From assembly GCA_050084985.1 (NCBI GenBank), contig JBITNC010000001.1, forward strand, positions 67,580,001 to 67,644,000: DNA of 64,000 nucleotides. Direction: 5' to 3'. The first letter of the stretch is position 1, and each line of letters opens with the position of its first letter. Source of the DNA: Nageia nagi. Lineage: Eukaryota > Plantae > Pinophyta. A program made the translations under genes and the position numbers. Of this stretch, positions 53,113-64,000 are shown one piece after another. The notes under the pieces are model-generated. The model saw only the letters and a program-made list of their open reading frames with translations, was not told where the DNA came from and did not search any database.

Positions 53113-56100
53113 TGTAGTGACCCTAAGATTAACTTAGGTAAAAACTATGCTAAACATTAACATTTGATCATAAGAACATAATATAAAGTATAACAAAATA
53201 GAAGCAAATAAAGTAATACTTATACTATTGGATCAAGATAACACCAATGCACTAATGAGAAAGGGATCAAGAGATAACTACATACCTGTTAGTTCTTACC
53301 TAGGAGAATCTGATTATATGCATATTGAGATAAACTTGATGTGTGAACCCCATGAACAACAACAGTAAGAGGATTAGCACATGCATGCACACACACTACA
53401 ATGGGTGCTAGGTCCAAGAAAAACAACATGGGTGCACATGTAAGTGCAAATGCTAGGGATCCTGATAAGCATAGTTCACCACCAAGATTCGATACATAAT
53501 AGAATATTGATAAGTCAAACCAAACATACAATTATGAAAAAGATGGAATGACATATATCCTCGAGTGATAACAAGATCCCAATCTCAATTGGTGACATTG
53601 AGAAACACTTAAAAGTAGGTACTGGCTATCAAGATGAAATCATGATGCTTTTCCATGTAATCATACTTACCTTTAAATATGAAAGAGTTCCTCCACATAA
53701 AGACTAGCATTTATCGTAGGGTACCTTACGCAAATAAAGAAAAAATTACATGAGAGGTGTTTTAAGTGGACCATAATAATACATATGATATAATATGATA
53801 CTAATATAATAAATTGATATAATATTAATGTGATAAAGGTAAAATATGATTAAAATGTGATTAAATGTATGTGTAAAGTTGCACGTAAGTGGGACCATGT
53901 TTAGGTGTCAATAGATGCCCCACTTTGTAAGTATAATTAAATCAAACCTTGAAATAAAATTATGCTTGCAAAGGAGGTAAAAGTAAAGAGAAAAAAATTG
54001 ATACTTTCCTTGTTTAGATGTTTGGATCATCAAGGATTTGATGATGTATATTTCCCACTCTTTGCCTTGGTTGTGAAATGTAATGGCTTGTATGTAGTGA
54101 AATCAACTAAGAACAAAGAATAAACCTAAAAATTAGAGGCAAACACTTCCAAGCACATATATAATTGTTAACTCATAAAAGATATAGAAGTGAAAAGTAA
54201 GAGAGAACATCATAACATTTCATCAAATGATATAATAATAATGGAGCAAGGATGAGATAAATGTAATATGCATACATCATCTTGCGAACACTAAATACAA
54301 AAATATTCAATATTTCATATGTAGATGCATACATAAGAGAATCATGGTAAAGGTGTATCCACATCATCATATGGTACATGCCCCATTTCTAGATAGGACA
54401 CATGCAATCAGATCTATATATGTTAACACCATCATGAGGTACATGCCCCTTTCCTAGATGCAGCATATGAATTAAGCACAACAAGATAGTGATAGCTAGT
54501 TGAGATCCAACCAACAAAGGTGACTCAAGGATGGAGGTTAGTTAACACCCAACCAACAAATATGACTCAAGGACATGGATGGTTTGAATATTTCCTAGCC
54601 ATGCTATATAATATGCTCACCATCATGAGGTACATTCCCCATTTTTAGGTGTAATTAAAGGTTAAATGATTTGAATATTTCTCAATCATCATGAATATGG
54701 TACCAGTAATAATGTGGCCATTAGACTAAAGATTATTTTAATACCAATCTCTAGGCTAACCCAAGAAAAATGGTTGGTTTAATCCCAATCAAATGATCAA
54801 ACAATGATGGTTATTTAGTATCCACCCAACAAGGACATGATGTGCTAATCATGATAATGAAGCATTAAATGATTAAAAGACTATTATAAGTGTAAAGGTA
54901 AGAGAGTAGAGAATAATACCTATACTTACCTATGATAAATAATTTGATTTGGTGCAAAAATGCTAGCACAAGCACTAATGTTAGCGTGGGTGCAAAAGGT
55001 AGCACTAGCATTGAGCCTCACATTGAATCAAACCTTACAACTTTGCTGAGACTAAGGTATGATAAAGCTGATATAGTTGATCTATGTATGATGACTAAAA
55101 TATGCATAGGATTACTCATGATATCATCTACACGTATGATTGTATGGATGTCATTGGTCTAAAAATGAAAATTGAATGATGGAGTTATGAAGGTGTTATA
55201 TTAGTTATTTGACCTGACTATGAATCCTAAATCATGTGATTCTAGTTGGAACTTGAAATATGTTAAGGATACCAATGGAGCCCTTGGATGATTAAGATTT
55301 TTACATAGAAAACTAGCATGGATGCTAGCTCAATAGAATAAGAATGGACCTAGGATCATAATTCCTAACCTTTGTACTAATGATTGACTAAAGGATGACC
55401 TCTGAAACATATGTGACAAGCTTTCCTCATGCATAGAAGGGATTAAGATATTTTACATTAGTTGATAATTTGTCAACTTTCCCCTCAACTATTACAATCT
55501 GTATGCATTGTTTGGATACTTAGTTTTGATGATGTATGGACCAATCCAATTAATCTTAAATATAACTTTGTCTTATTTTTCAAGCTTTGATTTATGATGA
55601 TTCTTCTTGAGCACTACATCTCCTAGTTGGAATTCATGTGGTACAATCTTTTTTCCTTTGCTTTCCTAGCACTTTTCCAATAAGCTCTAAAATGTTCTAA
55701 GGTATAGATTCTCTTTTCATCTAATCCTTCTAGCTTCCTTAGTCTTACTTTTCACTGCTCTTCCCAATAAATGATGCCTTCTAGGGACTCCATTAATGAA
55801 GGTATCTCCACCTATAATGGTAAGAATACCTCATCCCCATAAACTAATGAAAATGGAGTACATCTTATAGCTGATGTGATGCTTGTCTTGTATACCCATA
55901 ATAAATATATGAGTTGAGAATGCTAATCTCTATGATTTTTCTTAAATATCTTGCATAAGATATTAACAATTATCTTATTAGTTGCTTTAGATTGTCCATT
56001 ACCTTGTGGAGAGTAGGTTGATAAGAATATTTTCTTGATTTTAAATCCTTCACAAAACTCTGACTTTCAATATTTCTTCTAAAGTTCTTTCCATTATCCA

Positions 56101-59100
56101 TAATGAGATGGGAGGGAATACCAAATCTAGCAATGATGTTTTCAATCATGAATTTTACAATTTAAGGACCCTTTAAGGATCTCAAAGGTACAACTTCAAC
56201 CAATTTCATGAAGTATTCTATAGCAGCTAAGATGAATTTATGTCCCTCACTAGATTTGGGATTGATAACACTAATTAAATCCATTGTCCAAATGGTAAAG
56301 GGTCAAGTTGATATCATTATTGCTAGTTCACTTGAAGAAGCTTATTTCAAGTTAGCATGCTTTTAACATTTTTCACATTTATGAACATGTAAAATTAAAT
56401 CTTTTTCCATAGATGGCCAATAATATCCTAATCTTATGAGCTTATGATAAATGGATTTACCATTAAAATGACATCCATTTATGCTATCATGTACTTGTTC
56501 CATAGCTTTATTTGCTTCAGTATCATTTAGACATCTAAGCAAAGTACCATCAAATAGCTTTTGCAAGGAATATCACTAATAAGGATATACATTGGAGCCA
56601 TCAATTTTAGCCTTCTTTTGAGAAAGTTGGACTGACATGAATCTAGAATTTTTCCTTCCTTAAGGTAGTTGTAGATATCAACATATTATGAATGCAATTG
56701 GAGAATAACACATATAAGTGGTTCCTTCCTATAGAACCATTGGAATTGATCATCATTTAGAAAGGAGCAATATCTAAGGCTCTTAATTTTGATTATGGTT
56801 TCCTCATCTTCAATTGAGATGGGTGTTAATCAAGCAACATTAGCCATAACATCTTCAAATCTATTATTGTTCCTTGAGATATTATTAAACTAAATCTGTG
56901 TAAAACACCTTTGAACCATTTTGTATACTAGGTTCTTATAAGGTTGACTACAACTTTCAATCCCAAGACTAAAGCTTCATATTCAACCATGTTATTTATA
57001 CATTATAAAGTCAACTTGTAGACCATAGGAATCATACCACCTTTAAAAGATACTAGCATAATTCTTTCCTCAATCCCTTGCAAAAATTTGGAGCCACTAA
57101 AGAATAATGTACAAGTTTTTTCCTCACATTGCTCAACTAGTACCACAATCTCATTTATGTTATTATTTTCATCACATGGTGCTGCTACAAGCATATCAGC
57201 TATAACTTATCCTTTAATTACTTTTTGTCTTATGTAAAGAATGTCAAACTCTTGGAGTTCCATGATCCATTTGGTTGGTCTTCCTTACAATATGGTTTTG
57301 AGAGCAAATACTATAATGGATCAGGTTGAGCCATAATGAATGTAGTGTTGGTGATCATGTGATTCCTTAATTTTTGAGTTATGTAGACTATGGTATAGCA
57401 TAACTTCTCAATAGGTGTGTAGTTGATTTTTGCATTTTGTAGTATCTTAGATAAGTAATATACGGCTCTTTCCTTGCTTTCACTATCAAGTTCCACAAGG
57501 ATTGTCCCACTAACATTGGCTCTAATTGAGATGCATAGATATAGTGGCTTGGTGTAATCAATTAGCTATAATATAGGAGGGTTAAGCAAGTAGCTCTTAA
57601 TACCCTTCAAGGCTTTTTGACACTCTTTTATCCACTCAAACAAATTTTCCTTTTTGAGAAAGTAATAAAATGGAGCTATTCTATCTAATAATTAAGCTAT
57701 GAACCTCTTAATTGCTTGTAACTTCCCTTAAATAATTCTAAGCTATCTAATATTTCTTATTGAAGGCATATCCATGATAGCCTTAACCTTATTAAGATCT
57801 ATCACTATGCCTCTTCTAGATATTATGTAACCAAGTAGTTTGCCACTAGAAACCCCAAAGACACACTTCTTAGGGTTTAACTTTAGGTTGAATTGTCTCA
57901 TCCTTTCAAAAATTAATCTTAAGTCCTCTAAATGATTTTTCTTTTTAGCTAACTTACCAAGAATATAATCAACATAAACTTTGATTGATTTATGAATAAG
58001 ATCATGAAATATAGTGACCATTGCTCTTTAATATGTTACCATTGCATTTTTGATACCAAAGGGCATGACTACCCAACAATATGTTCCCTAAGGTGTAGTA
58101 AAGGTTATCTTGTGTTGATTCTCTTTATTGATTCTGATTTGGTTGTAACTTGAGAAACCATCTATGAATGATAACATCTCATGTTCTATTGTAGAATCCA
58201 CAATTGTGTTGATGTGTGGTAATGCAAAATTATCTTTTGGTCAAGCCTTATTTTAATCCCTAAAATTTGTACAACATTTGATTTCTCCATTTGGCTTCAA
58301 AGTTGGAATAATGCTAGCCAACCAAGGTGAATAGTCAATGGGTTCAATGAATCCTTCTTTGTGGTACTTGTTAATCTTTTTCTTGACTAATAAAGAGCGC
58401 TTTAGATGCATCAGTCTTTTTTTCTACTGTACAAGTTTCACCCCTTCCTATACCACCAAATTGTGAGTTACAAAGGCTATATCTAGACCTATCATGTCAC
58501 TATATTCCCAAGCAAACATGTCCTTAAACTCTATCAAGAATTGATGATACATTTGCTTATCTTCCCTTGTGGTTCTTATTCTTATTTGAATAATCTTTGC
58601 TAGCTCTTTTGTGCTAACATTGACCTTAATAGGAGGCTCATTCAACCATGGTATCTCATCACCATGTTGAGATAAATTAGTTAATGCCCCCAATATTGTT
58701 ATACATAAGAGCAAGAAAGTCTCTCTCTCACACACACCCCTAACTATCTAGCCTATCTTATTAAATGAAAGAACAAGGTAAGCTAGTGTAGTAGGGAAGA
58801 ACCTACTATGTCCTCCATCTCTTCTCCAAAATAGGCATCTAGATGATAGGCCACCTTGCCTTATCTCTTGGGATGGAATGATTTGAATTTTGATTGTGCC
58901 CCCAACATGTTCAGAAGTGCATCATCTATTTTGAACACATCAATAGACTTGGAAACTATTCTTCCAAGCATAAGATAAGAGAAATCATGATCTATTTTGG
59001 CAACATAACTACTAGAGCTATCACAGGAACTAGTCTTCCTAGAAGATTTACCCTTGATTTCTAAGGATATCTCAACTATGTTGATTAACTACAATTCTGA

Positions 59101-60345
59101 TTCTATTTTAGAATCATCATCACTGCTATAAGAGACTATTTTTTTTTTATTTACCTTCTTTGTCCCTAGGCCACTTTTGCCTTTATTTGAGTCAAACATT
59201 TTCATAGGTTACTCTTCAATTCCTTGTTCATCCTTTCCAAGGCCTTTACCTTTGTACCTTTAGATTCCATGTATTGTGGTATCAAGGGTGCATGACATCT
59301 TATTTGCCTAGTTTTCTTATTGAACTGTACAAATGTTGCCACCTTATTGTTATTTATATCTAATTTTGAAGTTTTGGTATCGTATAATATCATTTGAACA
59401 TCATATTCTTCTTATTCTATCTATTCCTTACTGTATTTGCAACAATGAGGGTAGCTAGGTGCTAAGATGAGCATAAGCACTGATGTTGGCATAGATGATG
59501 GTCATCCTAAACTTTTTGATATTTTTCTAATCGCTTGATATCTTTTTTGATCATCTTCTGAATAATGACATGTGCCAACACCTATTTCTTTATACAACTA
59601 CATAGTATCATCATCTTCCTCATTATTGTCATCATTTTCCTCACAAATTTCAATATTTTGATATGGGAATATGGTGTTCTTGACTTGTGCAATTATGTTT
59701 GGATTCTCATCCATTTCTTCCAATACATATTCTTATCCATCATGATTAAATTCAAATAATCTATGCAACGTAGATAGTATGCACCTCATAGGATCTATCC
59801 ATGGTCTCCCAAGGAGGATATCATAAGGAAGCTTCTTTTCTAGAACTAGGTTATAACTTCCATTATCTTTGGTCCTAACTGAATAGGTAGCATGATATGT
59901 CCAACATATACTTTACTATCACTATCATAACCTGTGATCTTGTACTTCTTTTGTACAAAATTTGACATCAATTTATCTCCAAATATTTCAAGGAAATCGA
60001 TGGAACAAATGTTCAAACCTGCACCACCATTAGTAAATCCATGCTTAACTATTTTTTCTAGTAGCTTTACACATATATGGATTGACATGCATTTATTAAT
60101 GATATCATCACTAGGAATTTCATCATCCGTTAATGTTATAGCATTATTGAAATGAGTAATCATTCCTACCAAGGATGTTGTAGAAATTCTATATCAACAT
60201 CAATGCCACTAAGAAGTTTAAACAATTTTAGTGTATGCTTCTCAGATGTCTCAAATAATTCGAGTAAACTAATTTTAGCCTTTGTATTTTTAATATTTTG
60301 CAAGATATTCTTTTTGCATTTATATTTCTTCTTTTGCTAAAGAGA
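53113..60345 (-). mobile_element. Decayed Tat/Ogre-like Ty3/gypsy (protease-RT-RH-additional RH-integrase, PPT, 3' LTR ~53113-53913); gag absent
   Basis: Protease FTNGGAGLNICS, EFKDMFAWEYSDMIGLD, RT LKLNPKKCVFGVSSGKLLGY, RH NYTPIEKLC, second RNase H CTLFFSGS..NNMVEYEAL, integrase GYYWPSMEKD..CEKC; PPT AAAGTGGGGCA then TATTGACACC...CACTACA. Confidence 0.85.
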
Positions 60346-63247
60346 AGATGTAGGCTAGACGATGTCATGGCATGCATGATGACATGGCAAGCCAAATGAC
60401 ATCATGGTATGCATGATGATGTGGTGAATTAGATGATGTCATGGTATGCATGATGATGTGGCTATCTAGATAAAATTATGGCATGCATGATTACCTTGTG
60501 GGTCGAATGACATCATGGTATGCATGATGATATGGTAGATCATATGACATCATGGCATGCATGATGATGTGGTGGGTCGAATGACATCATGTTATGCATA
60601 GCATACATGATGATGTGGTGGGTCAAATGAAATCATGTTATGCATAGCATGCATGATGATGTAGTGGGTCAAATGATATCATGACATGCATGATGATGTT
60701 GCACATGTGAATGATATGACAAATTGAATGATATCATGATATGTATGATGATGTGGTAGGTTGAATGATGTGGCATGGGTGATGTGGCATGCATGATGAG
60801 ATGGCAAGTCAAATTTTGTGGCATGCATGATGATATGGTGGGTTGAATGATATGATGGGGATGATGATGTGGTGAGCCATATGATGTGGCATGTTTATGA
60901 TGATGTGGCATGCATGATGACATGGTGGGATAGATGATGTGGTATGCATGGTGACATGGAAGGTTAGATGACATCATGGTATGCATGATGCCATGGTAGG
61001 CAAAATGATGTTATCACGTGCATGATGATATGGTAGGTTGAATGACATCATGGCATGCACGATGACATGATAGGCTAGATGACACCATGGTATGCATGAT
61101 GATGTGGCAAGTTTGATGACATCATGATATGCATGATGATATGGTAGGTCGAATGACATTATGGCATGTATGATGATGTGGCATGTGTGAATGATGTGGC
61201 AAATTGAATGATATCATAGAATGCATGATGATGTGGTATAGAATGATGTGGCTTTCATGATGATGTGGCAAGCCAAATGACATGGCATACCAGGTTATAT
61301 GGCATGCATGATGATGTGATGGGTCTAATGATATGGTGAACATGATGATGTGGTAGGTCGAATGACATCATGGCATGCATGATGACATGATAGGCTAGAT
61401 GACATGGTATTCATGATGAAAACCATATTATAGTCTAAAGCTCCTTAATTGATAAAAAAGTAGATTATTAACATATGGAGACCATCATTTATAAATTAAA
61501 TTGTTCAATAATGGATGGATAACACTATAATGGATAAGTTAAAAAGATCATCATCAATGCTCACTCCAAAGGTAATTTTAGAAGTATTTCACATGTTGTT
61601 GGAAAGGGATTGTAGCATATGGTGCCATAAAGAGAGATACATTCAAATTGCATGATGGCCATTTTAGTTTTGAAGATGTGACCAAAATTTGGTAGTATTG
61701 TATGCATCCACGTGACACAATGAATCTTAACTTGAATTCAAGGAGATAGCAATTGGAAGTTGATTTGATGTAAACTAGAAATCCATAAATTCATAGATTA
61801 TGGGAATTTAACTACAAGTTTTATCCACATCATCAAATTCTAAGATAAATGCATAGGAGATGTTGACAACATTCAAGGTGGTGGTGGGGAGAAATTCATT
61901 ATAAAATTTAAATTTAAATTTAAATATTATCCATGTGTGAAAAAGGTTATCTTTCAGCTAAATTAAAATAAATTTTTGGGTATATATCAAATTGCAATAA
62001 TAGGACGATTGGTTGGAAATCATTGGAATGGGTTAGATTAGTTGAAAATGGTGATATGGTGGGTCAAATGACATCATGGCATGCATGATGATATGACGGT
62101 GTGGATGACATCGTGGCATGCATGATGATGTGGTGGGTCGGATGATATCATGGCATGCATGATGACGTGGTGGGTCGATGATATCATGGCATGCATGATG
62201 ACATGATGGGTTGAATGACATCATGGCATGCATGATGATGTGGTAAGCTAGATGCCATCATGGCATTCATGATGATGTGGCACATGTGATTGATGTGGTA
62301 AAGTAAATGACATCATAACATGCATGATGATGTGGTAGGATGGATGATATGGCATGCATGATGATGTGGTAGGCTAGATGATGTGGCAAGTTAGATGATA
62401 TGGAATGCATGGTGATGTGGTGGGCTAGATGATGTGGTATGCATGATGATGTGGTAGGTTGAATGATGTCATGGCATGTATGATGAAAAACCCATATTGT
62501 AGTATGAAGTTCCTCAACTGATAAAAAAAGTAGATTATTAGTAGATGGAGACCATCATTTATAAAGTAAATTATTTAGTAATGGATGGATAACATCAAAA
62601 TGGATAAATTAAAAAGAGCATCATCAACGCTCACCTGAGAGGCAATTTTGGAAGTATTTCACATGTTGTTGGAAAGGAATTTCAACATCTAATGATGAAA
62701 AGATAGATACATTCAAATTGCATGATGGTCATTTTAATTTTGAAGATGTGATCAAAATTTGGTAGTATTGTATGAATCCACATGACATATCAAATCTCAC
62801 CTTGAATTTAAGGATATAATAATTGGAAGTTGATTTGATGTAAACTAGAAATCCACAAATTCATAGATTATGGGAATTTAACTATGAGTTTTATCCACAT
62901 CATCAAATTTTTGAGATAAATGCACAAGAGATGTTGACAACATCTTAGGTGGTGGGGGAGGAGAAATTCATTAGAAAATTATAATAATAATAGGATGATT
63001 GGTTGGAAATCATTGGAATAGGTTAGATTAGTCGAAAATAGTGATGTGGTAGGATGGATGATTTCATGGCATGTATGATGATGTGGTGGTATAGATGATG
63101 TTGTGGAATGCATGATGATGTGATGGGGTAGATGACATCATGGCATGCATGATGACATGGTAGGTTGGATGATGTCATGGCATGCATGATGATGTGGCAG
63201 GTCAGATGATTTCATGGCATGTATGATAATGTGGCATGTGTGAAAGA
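60346..63247. repeat. CATG/GATG-rich minisatellite (~37-bp unit) with a ~1.07-kb higher-order duplication
   Basis: Unit ATGACATCATGGCATGCATGATGATGTGGTAGGTTGA repeated dozens of times; non-repetitive block ~61420-62050 duplicated at ~62490-63040. Confidence 0.9.
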
Positions 63248-64000
63248 TGTTGGAATGTATAATGCATTATTGTAAAGGTTTTATAATAATCTTCTATGTA
63301 AGTTCACTAATACTTAAAGGTATCATTAGATACCTTAAGTATTTAAGTGAATATGATAATGTAACTTGTCCTACACTCCATGTCATAAGCATGCCCCTTG
63401 GGTAAAAGGATGTGCATGTCATGCTTTTGTACATTAGATAAAAGGATGATCCAAAGAGGGATTTTGGTCTATAAATAGAAGGCTCCCTCTTTGTGATTAT
63501 ACACCAATTTGTGGAGTAAAGTTATGCTATAGGATAGTGTTTAGGAGAAAAGTATAGGAGGATTATAAGAGTTCGTATTTGTTAAGAAGAGAGATCTAGT
63601 TAGTGGATGTACTCCTAGTTGAAGGAACCATTTACATCTTGTGTTATCTTTATGAGATTGCTTTGTGAGTTTACTAGATGTGTATTGTGAGCTTTCATGT
63701 GATCTTGGGAGTTTAGAGTTGTTTAGTTTATACTTCAATTCTCTCATTTGGTATCAGAGCACCTTGGAAGCTCCTCTTCACATCCTTGGCTTGGAAACTC
63801 ATCATCATATTTGGAGGTCTACTCTTCTTGTTTGAGGTAAAATAGTTTAGAGGTATAACCCCCTAACCCTTTTTTTAATAAGTTCATTTTGATACTAACA
63901 TTCTTTTATGATTATGTTAGTTCACCTCTTAACAAACATTGCATATATAACATAATATATTATTGCCCATTCTTATTTGTTCTACTAAAAATATTTATGA
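63248..64000 (+). mobile_element. 5' end of another copy of copia family C (LTR 63248-63746, PBS 63749-63760), continuing past the window end
   Basis: TGTTGGAATGTATAATGC...CA is highly similar to 26161-26661; canonical PBS TGGTATCAGAGC. Confidence 0.92.

Noticed and set aside
60669-62233. His/Met/Cys-rich ORFs on the minus strand
   Set aside because: These are translations of the CATG minisatellite, in several frames, with no gene structure.

Overview
Eukaryotic plant nuclear DNA that is AT-rich, CpG-depleted and dominated by transposons. The very long intron and the element families suggest a gymnosperm/conifer-type large genome (inference). There is one host gene: the first five coding exons of a SET DOMAIN GROUP 40 (SDG40)-like protein lysine methyltransferase on the minus strand (ATG 19224). 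As assembled, exon 5 has a 1-bp frameshift. Intron 5 exceeds 16.5 kb and runs off the window start. It holds a copia remnant with three nested hAT-type non-autonomous elements, a decayed DUF659/hAT transposase, and a gypsy remnant split by two solo LTRs with perfect 5-bp TSDs. Upstream of the gene (21.4-64 kb) is a nest of decayed LTR retrotransposons. The 5' LTR of gypsy B is split by a terminally redundant Athila-like element A, which is itself interrupted by copia C. Further copia fragments, a Tat/Ogre-like gypsy with an extra RNase H and a CATG-rich higher-order satellite follow. I found no evidence for a genuinely new biological system. The most unusual items are the permuted Athila-like insertion with filler junctions, the SDG40 frameshift, a young CCGG-rich solo LTR and a hairpin conserved across three LTR copies.
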